A DNA stretch of 64,000 nucleotides, from assembly GCF_009914755.1 (NCBI RefSeq), contig NC_060947.1. One strand, given 5' to 3'. Made by a program: the position numbers and the translations under genes. The notes below the pieces were generated by a model. That model ran no database searches. It had not been told where the DNA came from and saw nothing but the letters and a program-made list of their open reading frames with translations. Source of the DNA: the human T2T-CHM13v2.0 reference genome, Homo sapiens. This document shows, in pieces, positions 1-19,184 of the stretch (the first letter of the stretch is position 1; the number at the start of each line of letters is the position of its first letter).

Positions 1-892
1 TTCAAGTTAAAACCACTATGCGATATCACCTCACACCTGTTATTTTGGCTATTTTCAAAGAGACGAAAGATAATAAATGTTGGTGAGGATGTAGAGAAAA
101 GGGAACACTTATACATTCTTGGTAGTATTATAAATTAGTACACCTATTTTGGAAAACAATATGGAGATTCCTTGAAAAATTCAAAATAGAACTACCATAT
201 GATCCAGCAATCCCACTAGTGGATATATAGCCAAAGGAAATAATACTGAAGAGATGTCTGCACTCCCATGTTCATTGCAGCACTATCACAATAGCCAAGA
301 TATGAAATAAACCTGTTTCCATCAACAGATGTAATGGATTTTTAAAATGTGGTGTGTGTATGTATACACACACACACACACACACGCACACACACACATA
401 TAGCTATATACACACACATGCACACAATGTAATATTATTCAACCTTAACAGAAATTTTTGCCATTTGCAACAACACAGATAAACTTAGAGGACATTATGC
501 TAAGTGAAATAAACCAGGCACAGAGAGACAAATATTACATTATCTGACTTATATGTGCAATCTAAAAAAGTCAAATTTATAGAAGTAAAGAGTAGAATGG
601 TAGTTGCCAGGGGCTGGAGTAGGGGAGTGGACAGGGAAAGGGGAGACATTGTTCAACAGGTACAAAGTTTCAGTTACATAGAAGAAATAAGTTCTGGTGA
701 TCTATTGCACAGCACAGTAACTATAGTTGATAATAATGTATTGTATATTTTGAAATAGCTACAAGGGAGGATTTTAAATGTTCTCACCACTAAAAATGCT
801 GATTATTATGAATTTATCATTCTACATTGTATACATGCATAAAATATGTTGTACCCCATAAATATATATAATTATTATTTGTCAATTAAAAA
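1..892 (+). mobile_element. L1 3' end (old L1MA/L1MB type) with internal (CA)n tract at ~365-420
   Basis: ORF2 C-terminal motifs (gaactaccatatgatccagcaatcccact) followed by an L1M-type 3'UTR ending gtcaattaaaaa. Confidence 0.85.
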
Positions 893-1824
893 CAGACTAC
901 CTACTGAACTGTGCACTTTAGTTATTTTTGTTATATAAATTTACTTCAATTAAGAATTAAAATTAAAAATTTTTAAATGAAGGAGAAATTTTAAAAGTGA
1001 ATCAAATAATTTGGTACCCAATATATCCTTTCATGGTGTAAAAATGAAAAGTGGCCCAGGGAAAAGAAATTAAGGCTGCAGGTCTTCCACAGATGTCTGT
1101 AAGATTTGAGGTACCTAAAATTAAGTAGAGAGAAAGAGAATGTGTTTTAACAATAATTGTGGGCGTAGCTGTTCGTACATGAATCTGACCAGAGCAAAAT
1201 AGCTAAAACTTTGGAATAAATTGAGGGAGACATACTGTCAAAATAAAAATAAGTCTGGACTAATAGAAAATATGATGGTTGTAGACTTAAAATAATCCTT
1301 TGGCCTCTAACCTTTTATGGGTGAGAAACAGGCCCAGCAGCACCTAAAATTGGAATATTTCATATAGTACCAAAGAGGATAATAGAAAAGGAAAGATTTT
1401 CTGTAGGAGAGTTCCAAGAGTCATAAATAACAATAGGCTGGGAGAGATACTCTCAAGGAACAGAACAAGAGCCTAATTAAGGAATATTTCCCACCTTCAG
1501 TCATTTTCAGTTCACATGTCTCTGTATCAAAAGGAGTCCCATCTGGACTTGATGACATTACCACATAACACCTAGAAATCTTAGACTTTTGAGCTCTAAA
1601 CAATGACTGATTAGTAATTTTTGACTTATTGATCCTTTGACACGGGCAATTGTATTGTGTATGTTTAATATTTGGTGACTAGAGGACAGCTCACAGTAAA
1701 TGCTTTCAGTCTTTATCAAATATTCCAGCTTTTCAACACAAGGTGCTACTTTCCATAGAAGAATTATACATCTCTTTTTTATTAAACCCAGGAGTGGTCA
1801 TGTGACCTGCCTATGAATGAAATG

Positions 1825-1935
1825 CTTAACAAATATTTACTGTGCACCTAAGATTGCTAGGTGCTTTACTTCTGGTGACACAACTATAAAGATAAATAAA
1901 GTCCTTGCATTGAGAAAGCATATGATCTTCCCAAT
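1825..1935 (-). mobile_element. L2 3' end fragment
   Basis: caaatatttactgtgcacct...aaagtccttgcattga resembles the reverse complement of the L2 3' terminus. Confidence 0.5.
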
Positions 1936-2538
1936 AGAGAGATGTATGAAACCGAGCCTTCTTGCCCTGCTCACTAAGACTCACAGCAGTATTTGTATAA
2001 GAAACACAAACATGTTTTGAAAAAAGGTTTGAGAAGTAAATCTTTAATGAAGTCCTACAGAAGCCTAGGAATAGTTGTAGTGTGAAGGAATTATACTGAA
2101 GAAGGGAAAAGGAATTTTTTTAAAAAAATGCTGCTTTGGTCTACAAATACCCTTTCAACTTTAGGAAATGAAAGTAAAGAATATTACCTTTTTAGAAACA
2201 TATTTAGGTATTGAACTATGCTTCTTAGACATGACACTGCTCACAGCCTAAAGCACATCAGCTTTACAAGTGTTAAAACACAGAAAAATATTTCTTTTAA
2301 GTCCATTTAGATGTCTCTCATTCTAAAGCTCCACTCATTACCACAGCTGCTGTCTCAAATAGCTCTATGCTTTATCTTAGAAGGTAATCGTGATGAAAAT
2401 ATTTAAGTTTTTGTTCCTGCACAGTCAAAATAAGAATACAAAATGCAAATGTGTGTGTAAAATGGGAATTTTCCTGTCACAGAACTGCTATTGAGGACAA
2501 TAGGACCAAGTAACTCTACATTAAAGAGAGGTATTTGA

Positions 2539-2903
<365 letters not shown>

Positions 2904-4288
2904 CTACCATCATCCACCTTTAGGCTGTACAAAAGAATGTGAGAGTGCTTGAGGAAAGAGGCTAGTAGCACAATTTTTTAAAGGGTCTTCTATCAAGTGA
3001 TGGGGTGTGGAATGCTGTTTCCCCTCTCTGGTTAAGTTATCTCCACAACTCTCTCCCTTTTCAAATGAGGAAAATTTTAACCTCATAAAGCATGGATGTG
3101 TTTGCCAAGAGGAAAGATTTACTTCTCACTCCCAGCCCTACACCACTCTTACAGGATCTTTGCTGAGAAGGAAAAATGTATAGGCCTTTCCTGTGCTATT
3201 ACTGAAGTAAAACATGTAAGAAAGTTCTTGGGTGAAATTTATCTGTATCTCCTGAAGTTTGAAGGGCACCGATATTGGTAACTGACTTTTCCTAGTAAAT
3301 TCCAAACATAAGAAGCCAGCTGGTGCTGTTTGGAATAACAAAGTACAGAGATGAAGCTGGTAAGAAGAAGCTTTCACTGTCCAAGTTTTGGTGGAAAAAT
3401 ATGGCCTATTACTTCCCTTGGGTGAGATCAGACATCAAAGAAGGTAGCTGGGTACATCTTGAGAGGATCCTTTCCTAGAGATCTTTCTGTTGAAGTGAGG
3501 TGAACCCCAGAAAAAAGAGGCTATGTGGGTTCTACTGTAAGTTCATAAAGGGTAGGAAAAAGAGTGCATTGTTACACCAAAGAGCAGTGCAGTATTGAAG
3601 GTCTCAAAAGAATGCACAAATGCACTCCAAATGAAAACAGCCAACGTTTTGCCATCTAGAGGGCATCCAGTGCCATCTGGAAGGCACTAATTCCAGATTA
3701 CAGTGGCACTATTCAATTAAAACCATTTTGCCTCCTTACTTTTCTCTTCTACTCCAATGTATCCCCAATTCTCAAAGGATCTAGAAGCAGTATAATGATT
3801 TGGAGGATAGAAATTCTCAGGAACAGTATATAAAATGGCATTGTTTTGTATATTTACATAAATAGATTAAAATATGAGTATAGGACAAGATATAATGAAA
3901 ATGACCATGTAAATTTGAAAAACCAAAGAGAATTCTAGAAATAAAAATATACCAATTTTAATTAAAACTCATCTGATCAGTTTGATGGCAGATCAGATAC
4001 AGCTGAAATTAGAAAACTAAGATAGACCAAAAGACATTACTTGAAACTCAGCACAGAGACAAAAAATAAATACAAGAGATGGAGAACATGAAGGATAGAG
4101 CATAATGGTTTACTATATAATCGGAGGTGTAGAAGGAGGAAAGAGAAAAAACAGAGCAGAGGGAATATATGGTTATAAAGGCAGATATTTCCCAGAACTG
4201 ACAGAAGACCAGTCCACAGATTCAGAAATTTCAATGAATCTCAATCAGGATGAATAAAAAGAAATTTACACTTAGACACTGCATTTAG

Positions 4289-5163
4289 AAAACAAATTTA
4301 CAAGAAAAAAACAAACAACCCCATCAAAAAGTGGGCAAAGGACGTGAACAGACACTTCTCAAAAGAAGACATTTATGCAGCCAAAAAACACATGAAAAAA
4401 TGCTCACCATCATTGGCCATCAGAGAAATGCAAATCAAAACCACAATGAGATACCATCTCACACCAGTTAGAATGGCAATCATTAAAAAGTCAGGAAACA
4501 ACAGGTGCTGGAGAGGATGTGGAGAAATAGGAACACTTTTACACTGTTGGTGGGACTGTAAACTAGTTCAACCCTTGTGGAAGTCAGTGTGGCGATTCCT
4601 CAGGGATCTAGAACTAGAAATACCATTTGACCCAGCCATCCCATTACTGGGTATATACCCAAAGGACTATAAACCATGCTGCTATAAAGACACATGCACA
4701 CGTATGTTTATTGTGGCACTATTCACAATAGCAAAGACTTGGAACCAACCCAGATGTCCAACAATGATAGACTGGATTAAGAAAATGTGGCACATATACA
4801 CCATGGAATACTATGCAGCCATAAAAAATGATGAGTTCATGTCCTTTGTAGGGACATGGATGAAATTGGAAATCATCATTCTCAGTAAACTATCACAAGA
4901 ACAAAAAACCAAACACTGCATATTCTCACTCATAGGTGGGAATTGAACAATGAGAACACATGGACACAGGAAGGGGAACATCACACTCTGGGGACTGTTG
5001 TGGGGTGGGGGAGGGAGGGATAGCTTTAGGAGATATACCTAATGCTAAATGACAAGTTAATGGGTGCAGCACACCAGCATGGCACATGTATACATATGTA
5101 ACTAACCTGCACATTGTGCATATGTACCCTAAAACTTAAAGTATAATAATAATGAAAAAAAAA
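4289..5163 (+). mobile_element. 5'-truncated young L1PA (ORF2 C-terminus + 3'UTR + A tail)
   Basis: ORF 4344-4946 is the L1 ORF2p C-terminus ([18 protein letters not shown]); L1PA-type 3'UTR and A-rich tail. Confidence 0.95.
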
Positions 5164-5169
5164 AGAAAT

Positions 5170-5810
5170 CAAGGGAATATTTTACACTGCTGGTGGGAAT
5201 GTAAACTAGTGCAACCATCATGGAAAACTATGGAGATTCCTTAAAGAACTAAAAGTAGAACTACCATTTGATCCAGCAATCCCTGGGTAGATTCCTACCC
5301 AGAGGAAAAGAAGTAATTATACAAAAAAGATACTTGCACATGCATGTTTATAGCAGCACAATTCACAATTGCAAGAGTATGGAACCAGCCCAAATGCCCA
5401 TCAATCAACCAGTGGATAAAGAAATTGTGGTATATATACCACGGAATACTATTCAGCCATAAAAAGAAATGAAATAATGGCATTCACAGAAACCTGGATG
5501 GAATTGGAGACCACTATTCTAAGTGAAGTAACTCAGGAATGGAAAACCAAACATCGTATGTTATCACTCATAAGTGGAAGCTAAGCTATGAGGATGCAAA
5601 GGCATAAGAATGATACAATGGACTTTGGGGACTTGGGGGAAAGGGTGGGAGAGGGGTGAGGGATAAAAGACTACAAATTGGGTAAAATGTACACTGCTTG
5701 GGTAATGGGTGCACCAAAATCTCACAAATTACCACTAAAGAACTTATTCATGTAACCAAACATCACTTGTTCCCCCAAAACCTATGGGAATAAAAATTTA
5801 AATAAAAAAG
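5170..5810 (+). mobile_element. L1PB-type 3' end
   Basis: gagggataaaagactacaaattggg...aaaacctatgggaataaaa is typical of the L1PB 3'UTR. Confidence 0.8.
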
Positions 5811-6006
5811 TAATCAAAGACAATCAAAGTAGCTTAATAAATGGAGAGAAAGGAAAGATCTTCGTTAAAAAGGAATTCCAACTGATAAATGTAGAAGGAA
5901 TGATGAAATTGGAAAATCACTATTTTGCAACCGAAATAGGAATAAATGATTGAGGCAAGAATCATTAATGGTGAGTTAAAGTTTATTGAGGAGTAAGACA
6001 TTCGTA

Positions 6007-6252
6007 TACAATTATCTCTTGGTATACATGGGTGATTGGTTCCAGGACCTCCATGTATACCCAAATCCATGCATACTCAAATCCATGCATGCTCAAGTAT
6101 CACAGTCTGCACATATATGAAAAGTTGGCCCTCCATAAATGTGAGTTTTGCATCCCCCAAATACTGTATTTTTGATCTGGCTTTGACTGAAAACATCTAT
6201 GTATAAGTGGACCCATGCAGTTCAAACCCTCATTGTTCAAGGGTCAACCGTA
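6007..6252. mobile_element. MER2-like (Tigger family) DNA transposon remnant inserted in an old L1 3'UTR
   Basis: gattggttccaggacc...tgcagttcaaaccc...gttcaagggtcaacc with TA flanks. Confidence 0.7.
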
Positions 6253-7065
6253 GTCTTAGAGTGTCTTCCTACAAGACACATGTTACTTACAAAAGAAAAA
6301 TTTGTTGCTTTACAGTGGGAAAAGCTGGAACACACCACCTTAACCAAGTTATCCAAGGTAACATCATCAGTAATGGGACAGATAAATATCAGGCTCACCT
6401 ACTACAATACACTGAGTACACAATGTTACTTCTGTGTTATTTCTTCCAGTAGTGCATAACATGCACCTAATCATAAGAAAACATCAGAAAAACCTGAACT
6501 GAGGGACATTCTACAAAATGACTGGTCTGTTCTTCAAAGTTGTCGAGGTCATAAGGAAAAGGAAAGATTGGGGAACCATTCCAGATTGAAAGAGACTAAA
6601 AAAATCATGAAAACTAAATGCAACATACAATCATGTATTAAATCCTGGATAAGAAAAATTATGAGGAGTCTTATTGAAACAATTGAAAAAAAATTGAAAA
6701 AGATCTGCGCATTAAGTGATAGTTTTATATCAGTATTAACTCCCAAATTTCAAGGGTTGTACTATAATAATGAATGAAAGATTGCTTGTATTTTTAGACA
6801 CACACTGAGCTACTTAAAGGTATTGAATATCATATCTATGACATATTATCAATGCGTTCAGAAAAATGCTATTATATATATATTAGTAATATAAAGAGAG
6901 ATAGATGGTTATATGATATAATAATAAAGCAAATGTGGTAAAACAAAGTTTTTAATGGGGAATGTGGGTGAATTCTTTGTATTATTCTTGAAAGTTTTCT
7001 GTATGTTTGAAATTATTTCAAAATATGAAGTTTAAAAGCATTATGGGAACCTAGTTTTCTCAACT

Positions 7066-7328
<263 letters not shown>

Positions 7329-7739
7329 CAGAAGAAAAGGAGAAGATACCAATTCTGAATGTGGAAAGCAATAGAATGGATAAAGATATAACAGGCAAAT
7401 GCAAACTATGAAAATTTGATGTAACTATATTACACTGAACACAATAAACATTAGGGTAAGGGAATGTACTAAATATTAAAAAAAGGTCACTGCATAAGAA
7501 TAAAAGGGTCAACACAGCAGGATGATATTTATAAACCTTAGTCAAGTAAAAACGTAGCCTCAACATTTATGAATCAAAAATTTACAGGAATAAAAGAGAA
7601 ATGTAAAAACTGAACATTATTACCTTCTTCAGTAACTGATAGAAGAAGCAATCATAAATTCAATAAATGCATGAATATTGGTTTAATACAATTAGTACTT
7701 TTGATCTAATGGTGACAAACAGAATACTACACCCACCTC

Positions 7740-8515
7740 CCAGACAAGGACTTCAAAATAGCTGTCTTGAGAAAGTTCAACGAACTTCAAGATAATGCAG
7801 AGAAGGAATTCAAAACTCTACTGGAGAAATTTAACAAAGAGATTGAAATAATTTTAACAAATCAAGCAGAAATTCTAGAGCTGAAAAATTCAACTAACAA
7901 ATTTTAAAAAATGCACCAGGGTCTCTTTGCAGCCGAGTCAAACAAGCAGAAGAAAAAAAATAGTGAGCTCAAAGACAGGCTATATGAAAATACATGGTCA
8001 GGGGCAAAAAAAGAATAAAAACAATGAAGCCTGCCTACAAGATCTAGAAAATAGCCTCAAAATAGCAAGTCTAAGAATTATTGACCTTAAACAGAATATA
8101 GAGAAATAGATGGGGGTGTAAAGTTTATTCAAAGATATAATAACAGAGAACTTTTGAAACCTAGAGAAACATATAAATATCCAGGTATAAGAAAGTCAAA
8201 GAACACCAGGTAGACTCAGCCCAAATAAGACTACCTCAAGTTATATAATAATCAAAATCTCAAAGGTCAAGGAAAAAGTAAGGATCCCAAAGGTAGCAAG
8301 AAAAAAAGAAGCAAATAACATATAAGAGAGCTTCAATACATATCTGGCAGACTTCTCAGCAAAAACCATACAAGCCAGGAGGAAATAGGATAACGTATTC
8401 AAAGTGCTGAAGGAAAAAAAAAAACTTCTAACCTGGAATATTATATCTAGCAAAACTATCCTACAAACATGACGAAGAAATAAAAATTTTTCTGCCAAAC
8501 AAAAGCTGAGGTATT
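7740..8515 (+). mobile_element. Old L1 ORF1 remnant
   Basis: Degenerate ORF1 motifs (ggcagacttctcagcaaaaacc...caagccagga). Confidence 0.75.
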
Positions 8516-12340
<3,825 letters not shown>

Positions 12341-12409
12341 CTACCTTTGAGAAAGCTCATGTCTCTTAGTTTTTTGATCTTTTCTATTGCTTTTCTAGTT
12401 TCTACTACT

Positions 12410-14105
12410 AAAAAAATCAAAGATAACAAGGGTTGGCAAGAATATAGAGAAAAGTGAACCCTTGTACATTTGTGGTGACAATGTAACCAATACAGCCATT
12501 ATGGGCAATTGCATGGAGTTTCCTCAAAAAATTACAAATAGAACTACCATATGATCTAACAGTAGCAATCCCACTTCTGGATATAAGTTCTCTTATGTTT
12601 ACTACTTGTACAGTGTCATTTGTCTGTTTCCAATTTTTTTTTAAAGTATGGTAAAAGCATGAAAATAGACACATGGACCAATGAAAAAAATGGAAAGCCC
12701 AAAAATAAACCCATGCATATATGGTCAACTAATCTTTGACAAAATCTCTAAGAACACATATTGGAGAAAAGATAGTCTTTTCAATAAATGGTATTGGAAA
12801 CACTAGATATCCACTTGCAAAAGGTGAAGTTGGATCCCTATTGTATTACCTACAAAAAATCAATTCAAAGATCTGAAACTCCTAGAAGAAAACACGGAGG
12901 AAAGCTCTATAACATTGGTCTCAGCAATTATTTTTTGGATTTGGTGCCAAAAACATAGACAACAAAGGCAAAAATAAATGACTGGTACTATATTAAACTA
13001 AAAAGTTTCTGCAAAGCAAACAATCAAATGAAAAGGCCACATATGGAATGGGAGAAAATATTTGTAAGCCACATGTCCAATAAGGGGGTAATATCCAAAT
13101 ATATAAGGAACTCATACAACTCAACAGCAAATAAGTAAATAAATAATAATAACAAATAACCTGATTAAACAATGGGCAAAGGGCCTGAATGGATGTGTTT
13201 CCATAGAAGACCTGCAAATTGCCAATAGGTATATGAAAAGATGCTCAATATCACTAATTATCAGGAAAATGCAAATCCAAACTAGAATGACATATCACCT
13301 CATACCTGTTAGAATGGCTATTATCAAAAAGCCAAAAGATAACCAATGTTGGTGAGGATCTGGAGAAAAGGGAACACTTGTACACTTTGGGGGGAATGTA
13401 AGTTGGTACAGCCACTATGGAAAACAGTATGAAGATGCCTCAAAAACTCAAAAATAGAACTACCATATATGATCCAGCAATCCCACTCCTGAGTGTATAT
13501 CCAAAGGAAATAAAAATCAATATTTCAAAGAGATATCTGCACTGCCATGTTCATTTCAGTATTACTCACAATAGCCTAGATATGGAAACAACGTAAGTGT
13601 CCATCAACTGATAAATGGATAAAAAATGAAGTATTATTCAGCCATAAAAAGAAGGAAGTCCTACCATTGGCAACAACATGGATGAACCTGGAGGAAATCA
13701 TGCGAAGTGAAATAAGCCAGATATAAAAAGACAAATACTGCATGATCTCACTGATATGTGGAATCTAAAATATCAAACTCATAGAAACAGAGAGACGGGT
13801 CCGTTACCAGGTGGTGGGTGTGGTGGAAATAGGGAGACGTTGGTTAAGGGGTACAATTCATAAGATGAATAATTTGGAGATCTAAAGTGAGACATGGTGA
13901 CTATAGTTAATATTGTATACTTGAAATTTGCTAAGAAAATAGACCTTAAATATTTTCATCATTCATGTAAAAGTAATGATGAATGTTCGTTAGTTTGATT
14001 GCGGTAATCATTTCACAATGTATACATAGATCAAAACATTACATTGTATACCTTAAATATATACAATATTTATCTGTCAATTATACCTCAATAAAGCTGT
14101 AAAAA
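12410..14105 (+). mobile_element. Old L1 (L1MA/L1MB-type) ORF2 fragments and 3' end
   Basis: ORF2 C-terminal motifs and a 3'UTR ending tacctcaataaagct. Confidence 0.8.
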
Positions 14106-14109
14106 AGGA

Positions 14110-17030
14110 AAAGTATTTATGATAATAATGCCCATCAAACAGTGAATTCCAATAAAGAGATACAATTTTTTGAATCACCAAGTAGAAAATTAGGAGTTAA
14201 ACAGTAGAATAACAACTGAAAGATCAATAGAAGGACTCAACAGGTTTGAGCTTCCAGAAGAAAGAGTCACTGAACTTGAAGCAGATTTGAAAAATACTAT
14301 GTGATCTGAAGAATAAAGAGAGGAAAGAATGAAGATAAATTAACAGTTTCTGAAAAATGTGGCACACCAATAATAGCACCAATGGACATATAATGGGCAT
14401 AACAGAAGATAGAAGAGAAAAATTGAGGCAGAAAAATTTATTCATATAAATAATGGCTGAAATATCCCCAAACTGGATTTTTAAAACCGTTAATATATGT
14501 ATCCAAAAAGCTCAATATATTACTGAAAGACATCCCCCTAAGATCAGGAACAAGACAAAGAGTCTGCTCCAGCCACTTCTATTCAACATTGTCTTGAAAG
14601 TTCTGCTGTGGTAATTAGGAAAGAAAAAGAAATAAAAAGCATCCAGATTGGAAAGGAAGATGTAAAACTCTCTCTATGCACAGATGACATTATTTTCTAT
14701 ATGGAAAATTCTAATGAATACACACACACACACACACACAAACTATTAAAGTTACTAAATGAGCTCAACAAGATTGCCGAATACAAGGTCAATGTAAAAA
14801 AATTGATTGTATTTCTATACCCTAGCAGTGACACCATGAAAATAAAATTAAGAAAAAATTCAATTACAATAGAATAATAATATAATACTTAGAAATTGAT
14901 TTATCAAAAGAGGTACAAGAACGCCAAAAAGAAGTATAGTATACTCTGAAAACTACAAAAGATATTTTTGAAAGAAATTAAAGACCTAAACAAATAGAGA
15001 GACATTCCAGTCATGGATTGTAACACTTAGTATTTTTTAGATGGCAATAATCCTCAAATTGATCTACAGATTTCATACAATATTTTCAAAATCCTAGTTT
15101 GCTTTTTTTGCATAAATTAAAAAGCTGATCCTAAAATTCATGTGTAAATGCAAGGGACCACATTTAACCAAAACAATCTTGAAAAAGAAGAACTAAGTTG
15201 GAGGATTCATAGTTTCTGATTTCAAAAAATGCCACAAAGCAACAGTAATCAAGGCACTGCAGTACTGGCATAAAGATAAATGTATAGATCAATGGAATAG
15301 AATCAAGATTTAGGAAATAAGCCCACAGGTAATAAATAGTCTGACACCATTTTGGTTTGACTACTGACAGCTCTTAAGCCTTACTTTCCCTCTTCCCTTT
15401 CTGCCTCATATCTGGGGAGGCTGATAGGAAAGCTGGGGTACTGCCTCCTTTAATGCTGGCAGGAAGTCCAAATCATGTACGGGAACCCTCACCTAGGCCA
15501 CACATCCTAACTGCCAGAAAAAATGGAAGTTATTCTCCTTACTCTGCTCTTTCAAGCCATCTTCAGGCCTGCTTTGAAGCCACTTTGATCTTCCCAAGAA
15601 GACTTTATCGTGTGTAATAAACTTTTCATACCCTCTTGGTGTATGTGTGGCGTCATTAGTCTCAACATACAAACCAAATTTTGAGTGGGGATCCATCCTG
15701 CATATTAACATGGCCACAAAACACCTTACATTTATGTTCAATTAATTTTTGACAAGGGTGTTGAAATCATTCAATAGAGAAGGAATAATATTTTCAACAA
15801 ATCATGCAGAAACAGTTAGATATTCACACAAAAAATAAAGCTGAACCCCCTACTTCACAACATACACAAAAATTAACTCAGAATAGGCCATAGAACTAAT
15901 TGTAACAACTAAAATTATAATCCTCTAAAAGTTATAGTAAATTTTTGTGACCTTGGATTAGGCAATAGTTTCTTAGATATAACACCAAAGTATAAGCAAT
16001 AACAAAAAATTAGATTAATTGAATTTCATCAAAATTTAAAACTTTTGTGCATCAAAAGACACTATCAAGAAAATAAAAAGACAACCCACAGAATGAGATA
16101 AAATATTTTCAAATCACATATCGAATAAGGGTCTTTTCCATAATTTATAAAGAGCTCTTAGAACTCAATAATAAAAAGACAATCCAATTGGAAAAATGGG
16201 CAAAGTATTTGAATACACATTTCTCCAAATAGACATGAATGACCAATAAGCACATGAAAAGATTGTCAACATCATTAGTCATCAGAGAGATTCAAATCAA
16301 ACCATAATGAGATACTACTTCACACCCACAAGGATGGCCATAAGAAAAAGAAAATGGAAATAACAAGTGTTGGTAAGGATGTGGAGAAATTACAATCCTC
16401 ATATATTGCTGGTGTGAATGTAAATAGTATGGCCATTGTGGAAAATAGTTTGATCATTCTTCAAAAAGTTAAAGTTAAACATAGAATTACTATATGACCT
16501 ATCAATTGTACTCCTAATATATACTCAAAAGAATTGAAATCAAGTGTTAAAAGAAAAACCACACAACTTTTACAGAAATTGTTCATAGCAACACCATTCA
16601 TACTAACCAAAAAGCTGAAACAATATCCATCATCTGATGAATGGATAAATAAAATGTTTGCATACCCATACAATGGAATATTATTCAGCAATATAAAGGG
16701 ATTAAGTATTGACACGTTATGATAGAGATAAACCTTGAAAACATGCTAAATGAAAGAGGTTGTTCACAAAAGACCACACACTGTTTAATTCCATTTATAT
16801 GAAATATATAAACCAGGTAAATCCATAGAGATACAAATAGATCAGTGGTTGCCAAGGGCTGTAGGTAGGGGAGAATGTCAAGTGACTGCCAATATGTACA
16901 GCATTTTGTGGGGAGGTGATAAACATGTTATAAAATGTGATTATGGTAATGACTGCACAAATTATTGAATTTTTATTTCAAAATTGGTGAATTTTATGGT
17001 ACATAAATTATACCTCCAAAATATGCAAAA
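14110..17030 (+). mobile_element. Old L1M element(s): ORF1/ORF2 fragments and 3'UTR, interrupted by a solo LTR
   Basis: ORF 14608-14877 resembles the RT region ([18 protein letters not shown]); L1MB/ME-type 3'UTR at 16700-17020. Confidence 0.75.
15329..15720. mobile_element. Probable solo ERV LTR (family not identified)
   Basis: ~390-bp non-L1 insert interrupting contiguous L1 ORF2 sequence; contains aataaa in an LTR-like context. Confidence 0.5.
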
Positions 17031-17594
17031 AATGAAATACAAGAAAAATTTGTTGGAGAAAATTTGCTATTTGAGATTGAGTAAAGAATATTAATGAAGA
17101 ATGTTAAATGAATTCCCCTAGATTCTCTGCTACTATAATATTAACACTATAATTTAACTCTATAATTTAAATATCTAAATATAATGAAACAACTGACATC
17201 CAGAGATTATGTTCCATTGCTGGATGAGTACTCATCTGAAAGTTCTTCACTGCCAGAAGGTCTAGGCAACCTTTCCAGTAGACTTAGATGATAATGTATA
17301 CCATTTTGAATTCTAAATTCCATTGAATTATCTATGTAGTCGATAGTTTTTCTGGAGGCATTGTCCTTGCATATAAAACTAGAGATTAAATTCACATAAT
17401 TGTGTCAGAATTGAATAAATATTTTATATGAAAGTGTTCTGCAGGAGGTCAGTTTGGGCCCAAGTTTTTAAAGAAGGCAAGGAATAGAGAGAAAAGAATG
17501 TATTATTTAAATTAAATAGGGCTATTTAGCTATTCAATTTCCAATTATTCACCTTTAAGCAATCCTATTATGCTGAAGGTCTTCTGATGCTTAC

Positions 17595-17666
17595 CATGTA
17601 TATAATCAGATTGTGTAAAACACTCCACTGAGCCATGGTCTGTTTGTTGCAGCAGCTTTATAGGCA
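17595..17666 (-). pseudogene. EVA1C-like pseudo-exon (post-SUEL2 linker), 72 nt
   Basis: ttttcatttcag|TGCCT...CATG|gtaagc; phase 1-1; reads VPIKLLQQTDHGSVECFTQSDYIH, continuing the TC-VP end of SUEL2. Confidence 0.75.
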
Positions 17667-18119
17667 CTGAAATGAAAACAGTCAAGAGTAGAAAAATTAT
17701 CATGGGAACTGCAGTTATTCTTCACATGTCTGAGATGGTGAGAAAGCTGATATTTGGCAGATATTTATTTAAAGATCAACATATTGTGAGAGCCTGAATT
17801 AAAATAGTGTTAAAACCAAATTTAAAAATTACAGCATTATCACACCTATTTATTACATTCTGAGTATTGGGTAGGGTAATGGTCTAGGCATTATTCCAGG
17901 GAAGTGGAAGAAATAAACTAATGAAATTGCAAGGCTCAGAAGTTAGGACTGTACACTAAGTGCTAGGGACTCAAAATGGAAAATCATGAAAAGATTTGGG
18001 ATTGAAGCAATTTCAAAATAAGGATTTGACAAATACCAAAATGGGTCTGGCCATTGTTTCAATTGGATGAAATGGCTCCTTCCTCTCAGTTTAGAAAAGT
18101 ATTGACATATTTTAAGTCA

Positions 18120-19057
<938 letters not shown>

Positions 19058-19184
19058 CAGTTATCACCATCTTATATCAACCTATTGTTTGTGGATTTCC
19101 CCCATTCTATGAATATTAGTGGGATAAATATAATCTACTTTTTAGGGCAAATGTTAGCATATTTTAAGATATATTAAGGGTAGA

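Noticed and set aside
1000-1140. Strong-looking minus-strand acceptor (ttttag|gtacct) as the missing transmembrane exon
   Set aside because: The translations do not show the EVA1 domain motif convincingly
17302-17378. Candidate next EVA1C-like exon (ctctag|...aatg|gtatac)
   Set aside because: Position is plausible but the donor is weak, the length is not phase-compatible and similarity is marginal; needs an orthologue alignment
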